DNA from: Mycobacterium sp.
GTDB taxonomy: Bacteria > Actinomycetota > Actinomycetes > Mycobacteriales > Mycobacteriaceae
Length of the DNA: 64,000 bases
Reading direction: 5' to 3' (one strand)
Assembly (NCBI GenBank): GCA_044223235.1
Contig: JBGAME010000003.1
Made by a program: the position numbers and the translations under genes. Below, piece by piece: positions 1 to 9,243 of the stretch (positions are counted from its first letter, which is position 1; each line of letters begins with the position of its first letter). The notes below the pieces were generated by a model. It searched no databases, was not told the origin of the DNA, and saw only the letters and a list, made by a program, of their open reading frames with translations.

Positions 1-210
1 GCCCTCGGCGCCGTCGATCGAACGAAGCTGAACGTCAACGGGTCGTCATTGGCGGCCGGGCATCCGTTCGCGGCCACGGGTGGGCGGATCGTCGCGCAGC
101 TGGCCAAACAGCTGGCCGAGAAGCGGCAGGAGACGGGCGGGCCGGTACGCGGGCTGATCTCGATCTGCGCGGCAGGGGGGCAGGGCGTCGCCGCGATCCT
201 CGAGGCGTGA
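1..210 (+). CDS. Thiolase (acetyl-CoA C-acyltransferase), C-terminal fragment; 5' end lies outside the window
   Basis: Frame 1 is open from base 1 to TGA at 208-210. The translation ...[21 protein letters not shown]...[16 protein letters not shown] carries the thiolase C-terminal GHP and CxxGG signatures. It sits next to fadE5, as fadA2 (Rv0243) does in M. tuberculosis. Confidence 0.85.
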   Translation, partial: ALGAVDRTKLNVNGSSLAAGHPFAATGGRIVAQLAKQLAEKRQETGGPVRGLISICAAGGQGVAAILEA

Positions 211-271
211 CGGCCAGGTTTCTACGGTCGCGTGTAACGGTCTGGGCCGGCCTGGCGATACACGGATAGCT

Positions 272-330
272 CCGTGTTGCCGTCTGACCCCCCGACCCGA
301 CGGCAGCACGGGGCATCTTCGATTTTGTTC
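272..330 (+). terminator. Intrinsic terminator candidate after the thiolase gene
   Basis: 13-bp stem CCGTGTTGCCGTC (272-284) pairs with GACGGCAGCACGG (299-311) with one G-U pair and a 14-nt loop. A T-rich tract (CATCTTCGATTTTGTTC) follows. Confidence 0.6.
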
Positions 331-659
331 AAATTTCCTCTGGTATCACCGCAGTTGGCGGCGTAGCATCGATCGCACGACGGGTTCGGGAGTGACTAAT
401 CCGAAGAGCCGGCAAGGGATGAAAGCCGGACGCGTGAGACAAAAATGAGACGCACCCACATGTCCTCCCGAACCCGCCCTTGTGTTTAGAGCAGTGTCCA
501 ATAGATCGGCCCGATCGGTGCCTCAACGAGATCGGTGCCGCTTGCGCGATCCGATGCACGCCGACGCAAATCTGCGGGCGCGGACGTCGCCGCCGCTGCC
601 GGCGGAGCTGTCGATCGAGTGCTTCAGATGACTCACGCGGAGCAAACCTCGCGTTAGTG

Positions 660-675
660 GAGTAGCGGGCTACTC
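660..675. promoter_or_regulatory. Perfect palindrome GAGTAGC-GG-GCTACTC in the long leader upstream of the TIR-STAND gene
   Basis: Read directly from the sequence. It lies about 100 bp upstream of the GTG at 776, in an AT-richer 565-bp non-coding stretch. Confidence 0.3.
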
Positions 676-775
676 TATTTGGCGGCTTCAGCCGCTCCTA
701 CACTCCCCTGAAACAATTCGGGGGAATGTCATGAGGTCAATGACGACGAACAGCGGTCCGATGTAAGGGCCGGCC

Positions 776-1075
776 GTGTACAGAATCTTCATCAGCCACG
801 CGAGCTCGGAGCTCCGTGAAGCGAAGGCCCTCAAGGACTGGCTTGTAAAGCAGGACCCTCCGCTTGCCAACGAGATATTTCTCGACGCGGAAATGATGCG
901 TCCGGGACTGCTCTGGAAAGAGCAGCTGAAGCAGGCGATGAAGAACTGCGAGGCGGTCGTCTGTATGACCTCGATCGATTGGGCCAATCGCCCCGAATGC
1001 GTCGCCGAATTCCGGACCGCGGAGTACCTCAACAAACGCATCTTCTGCGCTCGGCTGGAATCGTCCAGCGCCGAT
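776..1075 (+). other. TIR-like domain (about aa 1-100)
   Basis: It has the FISHA start motif, an alternating beta-alpha pattern and a candidate catalytic Glu near aa 78 (CVAEF). Hand counts of 781-900 give 53-60% GC, lower than the flanks. Confidence 0.7.
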
Positions 1076-4000
1076 GAGGAGACCGAGGCGTGGCAACGTG
1101 TGGACCTGTTCGGTACCGATCAGGAAGTGAAGATCCTGCTCGACGATGGTGGTCCGCCCGTCGAGTTCTCCTCCGGAGGCTTACACGGGCTCAAAGAGGA
1201 AATCATCAAGAAGGGCATCGGCGCCGACTCGTTCGTATGGCCACCCCCGGATGAACCCGGCCGCGCACCGTATCGCGGTTGGGAGCCGTTGGAAGAAGTC
1301 GATGCCGCGGTGTATTTCGGCCGGGACGCCGAACTCATCAGAGCAATGGACAAGCTTCGTGGCATGCGCAAATCCGCGGCGGAGTCGCTCTTCGTCATAC
1401 TCGGCCCATCGGGCACCGGTAAATCGTCATTCCTGCGGGCCGGGCTGCTGCCACGGTTACGCCGCGCCGACCGGGATTTCGTCGTTCTCGACAAGGTCGT
1501 CCGGCCCGAGCTCAACGTCCTGACCGGTAAGAATGGGCTCGCGGAGGCGATTTACGAGACGCGACGTCGCTGGGGTTTCACCTCGCCTCGGCTCGCCGAC
1601 ATCAAAGCTGCCTGTCTGACCGACCCCGGCAAAGTCCGCGATCTGTTGTTCGAAATCCAGTGCGCCGCGGCGAGTCCTGCTGACGACCCCGATCCCGGCG
1701 CGGATCTCGACACGGAGCAATCCCCACTTCCCACCATCGTCATACCCGTTGATCAGGCCGAGGAGCTTTTCAGCGAAGACGCGATCAACGAGGCGCCGAT
1801 CTTCCTCGACATGATCGAGCGACACGCAGTGGCCGACTTGCCGCGACAACCGCCGATCGTGGCGATCACCATCCGTACCGACCGGCACCAGGCGCTGCAG
1901 ACCGCGAAGCAACTGTCCGAGGCGAAAAGCGTGGTGTTCGACGATCTGAAACCGATGCCGCAGGGCCAGTTTCGGGAGGTGATACTTGGCCCCGCGCGAC
2001 GAGCCAGCGATGGAGGGGCACGGCTGGCGATCGAGGCGGCCCTCGTCGAACAACTGCTGGCGGACTGCACCGACGGCGCCGACACGCTTCCGCTGCTGGC
2101 ACTGACACTGGCCAGACTGTTCACCGACTATGGCCGCGACGGTGACCTGACACTGCACGAGTACACCCAGATGGGCGGGATGCGCAATGTCGTGCAGACC
2201 GAGGTCGACACCATTCTCGGCCACGACCCGACCAGAAAGCTGGACCGTCTCGAACTGTTGCGGCCTGCCTTCGTCCCCTGGCTCGCGACATTCAACCGGG
2301 ACAGCAACATTCCCATTCGGCGGGTTGCCAAGTGGGATGCGCTTCCGCCGGCATCCAAACCCCTGCTGCAGCAGTTCGTCGACAGGCGCTTGTTGATGCG
2401 CGATGCCCGCGACGGCGGTGATGTCGTCGAGATCGCGCTCGAAAGTCTGCTTCGGCAGTGGAAGGAACTCAGCAATTGGCTTGAGGCCGAACGTGCCGAC
2501 CTCAAGTTGGCCGACGACCTCAGGCACGCGGCCCTCGACTGGGACGAACGTGGCCGCGACGAGTCGGCCCTGTTCGTCGGACGACGGCTGGCCGATGCCG
2601 AGGAGTTGCTCGCCAGGCCCGACTTTCGTGAGCACCTGGAATCCGCCCGGGCATTTGTTGGGGCGTCGAAGGAGCGTGCCCGCGTACGCAGTCAACAGGA
2701 TCGGCGTCGCAAACGTGCGTTCAGATCGTTGCTGGCCGTCGCCACCGCCGCCGCGTTGATCGCCGCGGTGATCGTCGTGCAACTCACGTCGAACATCAGA
2801 CAGAACGCCGCATGGCAACTGGTGTCGGAAGCCGAGCAGATTCTGAAAGGCAGCCGGGAAGGGGGCGACGTTCAGGCCCTGCAAAAGCTGCTGGCCGCCG
2901 ATGACCTCGGGGCGGCGACCGCCGAAGCAGTCGTCAATTCGCGACGGGACGTGCTCAAGATCTTCGAGAACCCGCCGCGGGAGGGATCCACCGGTGTCAC
3001 TCCCGTGGTCAGCCTCGCGGTGCATGGGGACTTGATCGCAACGTCGAACGCCGATCACAAGGTACGAATCTGGGACACCGCCACCGGCTCGGTCAGGCAG
3101 CTGACCATCAGAGGCAATCAGGAGCCCCCAGCCGTGGCGTTCAGTCCCGACGGTACGTTGCTCGCGGCGGCAACCGGCGACAACGCCGTTCAGCTCTGGA
3201 GCATCGACGACGGTGAACCGGACGGCAAGCAGATCACGCAGCCGGAAAAGGTGTACAGCCTCGCGTTCAGTAGCGACAGTCGGCGAATCGCGACCGGCAG
3301 TGAGGACGGCACCATCCGGGTGTGGGACCGCGCGGGAAACCTTCTGGCCGAAAGCCGTTCAGCGAGTGAGAGGCGGGACGCGGTGTTGGCTGTGGCCTTC
3401 AGTCCGTCCTCGGTCGCCGGTGATGTCGTAGCGTCCGCCGGCAACGACGGGACGGTTCGGTTGTGGAATGTCGCCACGGACCGCACCCGCGAGTGGTCGG
3501 CTCCCAGCGATGTTCCGGTGAAGAGTGTGGCTTTCGATGCAACCGGTGAGCGGCTGGCGGCAGGGATCGCCGACGGGAGCATCCAGATCTTCGACGGGCG
3601 GACGCTGCATTCCGTCAGCTCAATTCCGGCGGCGCACGCCTACTCGGTGCTGAGTGTTGCCTACAGCCCCGACGGCAGCAGAATCGTTTCCGGGGGCGCC
3701 GACAACACGGTGCATGTGTGGGATGCCGCCACCAACACCAGGGTCGGCAATGCGTTGATCGGACACCACGGGCCGGTGACGGCGGTCGCGGTCACCGGGC
3801 AGGGCACCAGAATCGTCTCTGGAAGTGCGGACGGCTCCGTGCGGGTATGGGACGCGGTGACCGGACTCCCGACGCCCACCGGCCAAGGTGAGGTTCGCGG
3901 TGTGGCGTTCAGCAGCCACGGCCGGCTGATGGCGTCGGTCGGCACCGACGGCACGGTCCGCCTCTGGGACCCGGTGACCGCTGCGCCCCGAGGCCGGCTC

Positions 4001-4975
4001 GGAACTCCGTCCGACGACGGAGCCCGGACCCTCAATGCCATCGCTGTCAGTCCTGACGGGCAATCGGTTGTCACCGGGGGTCTCGACGGATCGATCCGGT
4101 TGTGGGACGTCGACCAGCCGCATCGGGTCAAGGCGCTGGTTCGTACCGCTGTCGATATGCAGTCCCTGCCGAGCCACCGGGTGCAAAGCGTCGCGTTCAG
4201 CGCCGACGGATTACTCATCGCGTCGGCCGGAATGGATGGCGAGGTTCAGCTCTGGCGTTCGGCTACCGGAGATCCGGTCGCGGGAGCGGTCGCGCACACC
4301 ACCGACGAGCAGGGACTGGCCCATCCGTACCAGGTGTGGAGTATCGCGTTCAGCCCCGACGGCAGCAAGATCGTGACCGGCGCAGGCGGTGGCAGGAATC
4401 TGGTTCAGGTCTGGAACGTCGATCCGGGCGCCGACAAAGCGGACCGCTTGGTCGAGCGCGGCGATCCGATGGTCGGTCACACCCGCGACGTCTACAGCGT
4501 GGCGTTCAGCCCCGACGGCACCGTGATCGCGTCGGCCGGCGCTGACGGGACTGCACGCCTGTGGGACGTCGACACCGGCCGACAAAGCGGAAACTCGATG
4601 AGCATCGGGCAGAACCCGTTGTTCAGTGTGGCCTTCGCTCACAGCCATCCGTGGATCGTTGCCGGCAGTGAGGACGGGAAGGTCCGGCTGTGGAACATCG
4701 GCGGTGTGCAACCCGAACCGATCGGAACTCCCTTGGAAGGCCACAAGAACTGGGTCTACAGCGTGGCGTTCAGCCCCGATGACGCGCTGATCGTCTCGGG
4801 AAGCGCCGACGGGAACATCCACCTCTGGTCGGCGCCGACCGATCACCTGTCCGAGGTGATCTGCAGCAAGCTGGTGACCGATATGAGCGAAGAGCAATGG
4901 CACCAATGGATTTCAGACAGTTTTGTCATCCGCTACAAGAAGTTGTGCGCGCGGGTCGCCGATTCTCGGCGATAG
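776..4975 (+). CDS. TIR domain - STAND-type P-loop NTPase - TM helix - 14x WD40 repeat protein (1,399 aa)
   Basis: One uninterrupted ORF. The N-terminus MYRIFISHAS...SIDWANRPECVAEF looks like a bacterial TIR. PYRGWEPLEEVDAAVYFGRDAEL is followed by Walker A GPSGTGKS and Walker B IVIPVDQAEE. A hydrophobic helix SLLAVATAAALIAAVIVVQLT follows. Fourteen blades each end in [VI]x[VLI][WF][DNSR]. Confidence 0.9.
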   Translation: MYRIFISHASSELREAKALKDWLVKQDPPLANEIFLDAEMMRPGLLWKEQLKQAMKNCEAVVCMTSIDWANRPECVAEFRTAEYLNKRIFCARLESSSADEETEAWQRVDLFGTDQEVKILLDDGGPPVEFSSGGLHGLKEEIIKKGIGADSFVWPPPDEPGRAPYRGWEPLEEVDAAVYFGRDAELIRAMDKLRGMRKSAAESLFVILGPSGTGKSSFLRAGLLPRLRRADRDFVVLDKVVRPELNVLTGKNGLAEAIYETRRRWGFTSPRLADIKAACLTDPGKVRDLLFEIQCAAASPADDPDPGADLDTEQSPLPTIVIPVDQAEELFSEDAINEAPIFLDMIERHAVADLPRQPPIVAITIRTDRHQALQTAKQLSEAKSVVFDDLKPMPQGQFREVILGPARRASDGGARLAIEAALVEQLLADCTDGADTLPLLALTLARLFTDYGRDGDLTLHEYTQMGGMRNVVQTEVDTILGHDPTRKLDRLELLRPAFVPWLATFNRDSNIPIRRVAKWDALPPASKPLLQQFVDRRLLMRDARDGGDVVEIALESLLRQWKELSNWLEAERADLKLADDLRHAALDWDERGRDESALFVGRRLADAEELLARPDFREHLESARAFVGASKERARVRSQQDRRRKRAFRSLLAVATAAALIAAVIVVQLTSNIRQNAAWQLVSEAEQILKGSREGGDVQALQKLLAADDLGAATAEAVVNSRRDVLKIFENPPREGSTGVTPVVSLAVHGDLIATSNADHKVRIWDTATGSVRQLTIRGNQEPPAVAFSPDGTLLAAATGDNAVQLWSIDDGEPDGKQITQPEKVYSLAFSSDSRRIATGSEDGTIRVWDRAGNLLAESRSASERRDAVLAVAFSPSSVAGDVVASAGNDGTVRLWNVATDRTREWSAPSDVPVKSVAFDATGERLAAGIADGSIQIFDGRTLHSVSSIPAAHAYSVLSVAYSPDGSRIVSGGADNTVHVWDAATNTRVGNALIGHHGPVTAVAVTGQGTRIVSGSADGSVRVWDAVTGLPTPTGQGEVRGVAFSSHGRLMASVGTDGTVRLWDPVTAAPRGRLGTPSDDGARTLNAIAVSPDGQSVVTGGLDGSIRLWDVDQPHRVKALVRTAVDMQSLPSHRVQSVAFSADGLLIASAGMDGEVQLWRSATGDPVAGAVAHTTDEQGLAHPYQVWSIAFSPDGSKIVTGAGGGRNLVQVWNVDPGADKADRLVERGDPMVGHTRDVYSVAFSPDGTVIASAGADGTARLWDVDTGRQSGNSMSIGQNPLFSVAFAHSHPWIVAGSEDGKVRLWNIGGVQPEPIGTPLEGHKNWVYSVAFSPDDALIVSGSADGNIHLWSAPTDHLSEVICSKLVTDMSEEQWHQWISDSFVIRYKKLCARVADSRR
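1403..1426 (+). other. Walker A (P-loop) GPSGTGKS of the STAND NTPase
   Basis: ggc cca tcg ggc acc ggt aaa tcg, in frame with the ORF that starts at 776. Confidence 0.9.
2726..2788 (+). other. Predicted single transmembrane helix between the NTPase and WD40 modules
   Basis: About 21 uncharged residues SLLAVATAAALIAAVIVVQLT, preceded by the basic cluster QQDRRRKRAFR (positive-inside signature). Confidence 0.6.
3008..4840 (+). repeat. 14 tandem WD40 blades, enough for two 7-bladed propellers; near-identical DNA cores recur
   Basis: Blade ends read VRIWD, VQLWS, IRVWD, VRLWN, IQIFD, VHVWD, VRVWD, VRLWD, IRLWD, VQLWR, VQVWN, ARLWD, VRLWN, IHLWS. The core GTGGCGTTCAGCCCCGACGG (VAFSPDG) or a close variant recurs at least 5 times. 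Confidence 0.85.
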
Positions 4976-5006
4976 CGATCGCGGTGCACGAAAGGAGGCA
5001 TCCACC

Positions 5007-5318
5007 GTGATACTCGTCCATCGATTCCTGGCCGCCGTGGGTGGGACAGCAGTCATGATGTCCTCGGTTGCGGCCGCCACGGCATTCGCGCAGCCATCGG
5101 ACCCCTGCCGGCTCTACCCCAGACCCAAAACGTGCGAGACGCCCACGATGACCGGCCCGACGGCGAAAACTCCGACGGTGAAGGGTACGCCGACTCCGGC
5201 GAAGCCATCCGCCCCTGGGCGGACGAACACCAGGGCCAGCGGGACGGCGATCGCCGCGATACCTACGGGGATCTCGTATGCGGTTCTGCAGGTGCAGCTG
5301 CCGTCAAGCCCCTCGTGA
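5007..5318 (+). CDS. Small Pro/Thr-rich hypothetical protein with an N-terminal signal-like segment
   Basis: AAAGGAGG RBS lies 7 nt before the GTG at 5007. The N-terminus VILVHRFLAAVGGTAVMMSSVAAATAFA looks like a signal peptide, followed by TPTVKGTPTPAKPSAPG. A strong hairpin follows the stop codon. The opposite strand also shows a hydrophobic frame, so the call is tentative. Confidence 0.4.
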   Translation: MILVHRFLAAVGGTAVMMSSVAAATAFAQPSDPCRLYPRPKTCETPTMTGPTAKTPTVKGTPTPAKPSAPGRTNTRASGTAIAAIPTGISYAVLQVQLPSSPS

Positions 5319-5327
5319 CGACACGCA

Positions 5328-5358
5328 CGAGGCCCCCGGGGTCACCCCGAGGGCCTCG
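5328..5358. terminator. Bidirectional hairpin between convergent genes
   Basis: CGAGGCCC-CCGGGG-TCA-CCCCGA-GGGCCTCG gives a 13-bp stem with one mismatch. It lies between the stop at 5318 (+) and the fadE5 stop at 5382 (-). Confidence 0.65.
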
Positions 5359-5381
5359 TCGACGAAGCGGCACAAGACGTG

Positions 5382-7235
5382 TCAGAACGCCGCTTCGCTC
5401 AGCTCCATGACGTCGTTGTCGAGCTGTTCGATCACCTGGCGCGTGCCGGTCAGCAGCGGCAGGAAGTTCTTGGCGAAGAAGGACGCCACTGCGACCTTGC
5501 CCTCGTAGAAGGCGCGATCGTCGCCGCCGGACGTCCCAGGCGCCCCGGCCGCGGCATCGAGCTGTGCGATCGCCACGGCGCCATGCTGGAGCAGCAGCCA
5601 TCCGATGACAAGGTCGCCGACACTCATCAGGAAGCGGACCGAACCCAGGCCCACCTTGTAGATGTTCTTCGGATCCTCCTGCGCCGACATGAGATAGCCC
5701 GTCAGCGTCGCAGCCATCGCCTGGACGTCGGTGAGCGCCGTCGCAAGCAGCGCGCGCTCGGTCTTGAGCCGACCGTCACCCGCCTCGTTCTTGATGAACT
5801 TGTCGATCTGGCCGGCCACATGCGCCAGAGCCACGCCCTTGTCGCGGACGATCTTGCGGAAGAAGAAGTCCTGCGCCTGGATGGCGGTGGTGCCCTCGTA
5901 GAGCGAATCGATCTTGGCGTCGCGGATGTACTGCTCGATGGGGTAGTCCTGCAGGAAGCCCGAACCGCCGTAGGTCTGCAGGCTCTCGGTGAGCTTGGCA
6001 TAGGCCTGTTCCGAGCCGACGCCCTTTACCAGCGGCAGCATCAGGTCGTTGACCTTCACCGCCAGTCCCGCGTCGACGCCGTGCAGCGCCTCGGCGACGG
6101 CCGAATCCTGATAAGTCGCGGTGAACAGGTACAGGGCGCGTAAACCCTCGGCGTAGGCCTTCTGGGTCATCAGGCTGCGGCGCACGTCGGGATGGTGGGT
6201 AATCGACACGCGGGGTGCGGCCTTGTCGGTCATCTGGACCATGTCCGCGCCCTGAACACGGCTCTTGGCGTACTCCAGCGCGTTGAGGTAACCGGTCGAC
6301 AGCGTCGCGATCGCCTTCGTGCCGACCATCATGCGGGCCTGCTCGATGACGTCGAACATCTGCGCGATGCCGTCGTGCACCTCGCCGACCAGCCAACCCT
6401 TGGCGGGGACGCCGTGCTGACCCAGCGAGAGCTCGCAGGTGGCCGAAACCTTCAGGCCCATCTTGTGTTCGACGTTGGTGACGAAGACGCCGTTGCGCTC
6501 GCCCGGCTCACCGGTCTCCGGATCGAACAGGAACTTCGGAACGAAGAACAGCGACAGCCCCTTGGTGCCGGGGCCCGCACCCTCGGGACGGGCCAGCACC
6601 AGATGGAAGATGTTCTCGAACATATCGTCGGAATCGCCGGACGTGATGAACCGCTTCACGCCCTCGATGTGCCACGAGCCGTCGTCCTGCTTGACAGCCT
6701 TGGTGCGTCCTGCGCCCACGTCGGAGCCTGCATCGGGTTCGGTCAGCACCATGGTGGCGCCCCAGCCGCGATCGGTGGCCAGCACGGCCCACTTCTTCTG
6801 CTCTTCGGTGCCGAGCTTGTAGAAGATGCTGGCGAAGCCTGCGCCGCCGCCGTACATCCACACCGCGGGGTTCGCTCCGAGCAGGTGTTCGTGCAGGGCC
6901 CAGACGAGTGCCTTCGGCATGGGCATGCCGCCGAGTTCCTCTTCGACGCCCACCTTGTCCCAGCCGCCGTCGATGACGGCGCGTACGGATTTCTTGAACG
7001 ACTCGGGCAGCGTCACCGTGTGCGTCTTGGGATCGAATGTCGGTGGGTTGCGGTCGCCGTCGGCGAACGAATCCGCAACCGGCCCCTCGGCCAGCCGGGC
7101 CATCTCGCCCAGCATCTCGCGTACGGTATCCGCGTCCAGATCGCTGAACGCGCCCGCACCGAGCGCCTTGTCGAGGCCCAGCACCTCGAAGAGGTTAAAT
7201 ACCTGGTCACGGACGTTGCTCTTGTAGTGGGACAC
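5382..7235 (-). CDS. fadE5: Acyl-CoA dehydrogenase, long FadE5 type
   Basis: The N-terminus (V)[19 protein letters not shown] matches my recollection of M. tuberculosis FadE5. A GGAGGA RBS lies before the GTG at 7235. The track start at 7274 adds an unlikely 13 aa. Confidence 0.9.
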   Translation of the reverse strand: MSHYKSNVRDQVFNLFEVLGLDKALGAGAFSDLDADTVREMLGEMARLAEGPVADSFADGDRNPPTFDPKTHTVTLPESFKKSVRAVIDGGWDKVGVEEELGGMPMPKALVWALHEHLLGANPAVWMYGGGAGFASIFYKLGTEEQKKWAVLATDRGWGATMVLTEPDAGSDVGAGRTKAVKQDDGSWHIEGVKRFITSGDSDDMFENIFHLVLARPEGAGPGTKGLSLFFVPKFLFDPETGEPGERNGVFVTNVEHKMGLKVSATCELSLGQHGVPAKGWLVGEVHDGIAQMFDVIEQARMMVGTKAIATLSTGYLNALEYAKSRVQGADMVQMTDKAAPRVSITHHPDVRRSLMTQKAYAEGLRALYLFTATYQDSAVAEALHGVDAGLAVKVNDLMLPLVKGVGSEQAYAKLTESLQTYGGSGFLQDYPIEQYIRDAKIDSLYEGTTAIQAQDFFFRKIVRDKGVALAHVAGQIDKFIKNEAGDGRLKTERALLATALTDVQAMAATLTGYLMSAQEDPKNIYKVGLGSVRFLMSVGDLVIGWLLLQHGAVAIAQLDAAAGAPGTSGGDDRAFYEGKVAVASFFAKNFLPLLTGTRQVIEQLDNDVMELSEAAF

Positions 7236-7283
7236 TTTTCCTCCTCGATGAGAACGCCACTCGCGGTTGGGCACTCTGGGTCA

Positions 7284-7301
7284 AGTTACCCACCAGTAAC
7301 T
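7284..7301. promoter_or_regulatory. Inverted repeat AGTTAC-N6-GTAACT upstream of fadE5; candidate operator
   Basis: Perfect 6-bp arms, 49-66 bp upstream of the fadE5 start, inside the 440-bp divergent intergenic region. Confidence 0.3.
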
Positions 7302-7325
7302 GCGCCCAACTATACCGCTCGGTAA

Positions 7326-8159
<834 letters not shown>

Positions 8160-8175
8160 CCGGCGGCTCGGCTCG

Positions 8176-8337
8176 CTACGGACGTTCGGCGAGTTCCTCG
8201 CGATAGCCCTTGATGCGCTGATCCAGCTCCGCGGCATCCTCCGGCCTGCCCTCTTTGCGAGCCAGTTCGGCGCGGGCCGTCAGCTCGCGGATGGCGGTGC
8301 GGATGTCGTTGACGCTGTGGGTTTGTCCCATGCCCAT
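8176..8337 (-). CDS. Small helical hypothetical protein (about 53 aa)
   Basis: The ORF MGMGQTHSVNDIRTAIRELTARAELARKEGRPEDAAELDQRIKGYREELAERP has coding-like GC3. I recognise no motif. Confidence 0.4.
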   Translation of the reverse strand: MGMGQTHSVNDIRTAIRELTARAELARKEGRPEDAAELDQRIKGYREELAERP

Positions 8338-8480
8338 ATTGCTGCCCTTCGTCGTTGATTGGCCGCTTGGCACGAGCCTACGCGCCTTTTGCGGTGAGGC
8401 CACGGATCGCACCCGAATCAGACGCGAGTATTTTCAGAAACTCGTCCGTTGCTTCACACTTCGTGAGCGGCTGCCGATCG

Positions 8481-9242
8481 TCAGCGCCTGAAGAGTTTGT
8501 TGCCGAGCCAGACGATCGGGTCGTATTTTCGGTCGGCGACCCGCTCCTTCATTGGGATGAGTGCGTTGTCGGTGATCTTTATGTGCTCGGGGCAGACTTC
8601 GGTGCAGCACTTGGTGATGTTGCAGTAGCCCAGGCCGAACTCGTCCTGTGCCATGTCCTTGCGGTCCAGGACGTCCAGCGGATGCATGTCGAGTTCGGCG
8701 ATGCGCATCAGGTAGCGGGGTCCGGCGAACGCAGGCTTGTTCTCCTCATGGTCGCGGATCACGTGGCAGGTGTTCTGGCACAGGAAGCACTCGATGCACT
8801 TGCGGAACTCCTGGCTGCGCTCCACGTCGACCTGCTGCATGCGGTACTCGCCCGGCTGGAGGTCCTTCGGCGGGGTGAACGACGGGATCTCGCGCGCCTT
8901 TTCGTAGTTGTACGACACATCGGTCACGAGATCGCGCATCACCGGAAACGCGCGCAGCGGGGTGACCGTCACCGTCTCGGCGGGATCGAAGGTCGACATC
9001 CGGGTCATGCACAACAGCCGCGGTCGGCCGTTGATCTCGGCCGAACACGAACCACACTTGCCGGCCTTGCAGTTCCACCGAACCGCCAGGTCGGGCGCCT
9101 GGGTGGCCTGGATGCGGTGGATGATGTCGAGCACCACCTCGCCCTCGCTGACCTCGACCCGGTAGTCGTGCAGGTCGCCGCCGGTCTCGTCGCCGCGCCA
9201 CACCCGCATGCTGGCTTGGTAGCTTCCTTGGGAGCCGCCCAT
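8481..9242 (-). CDS. Succinate dehydrogenase/fumarate reductase iron-sulfur subunit (Rv0247c-like)
   Basis: Cys clusters CKAGKCGSCSAEING, CIECFLCQNTC and CTEVCP match the 2Fe-2S, 4Fe-4S and 3Fe-4S pattern. Confidence 0.9.
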   Translation of the reverse strand: MGGSQGSYQASMRVWRGDETGGDLHDYRVEVSEGEVVLDIIHRIQATQAPDLAVRWNCKAGKCGSCSAEINGRPRLLCMTRMSTFDPAETVTVTPLRAFPVMRDLVTDVSYNYEKAREIPSFTPPKDLQPGEYRMQQVDVERSQEFRKCIECFLCQNTCHVIRDHEENKPAFAGPRYLMRIAELDMHPLDVLDRKDMAQDEFGLGYCNITKCCTEVCPEHIKITDNALIPMKERVADRKYDPIVWLGNKLFRR

Positions 9243-9243
9243 C

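Noticed and set aside
329-665. Short ORFs in the 565-bp leader (329-559 minus, 480-665 plus)
   Set aside because: They have biased, low-complexity translations with no RBS or motifs. The region is better treated as non-coding leader or possible RNA.
1457-3058. 533-aa minus-strand ORF inside the TIR-STAND gene
   Set aside because: It is antisense to a motif-rich ORF, Arg/Gly/Pro-rich with no recognisable motif. This is a typical high-GC shadow ORF.
5100-5318. Hydrophobic reading frame on the minus strand opposite the small Pro/Thr-rich ORF (…EIPVGIAAIAVPLALVFVRPG…)
   Set aside because: It has high GC3 and a TM-like sequence. However, I could find no plausible start codon downstream of the 5328-5358 hairpin. 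The plus-strand ORF has a strong RBS and a signal-like N-terminus. I kept the plus-strand call at low confidence.
6192-7325. 377-aa plus-strand ORF overlapping fadE5
   Set aside because: It is the antisense shadow of a confidently identified acyl-CoA dehydrogenase and has low-complexity Arg/Ala/Gly composition.
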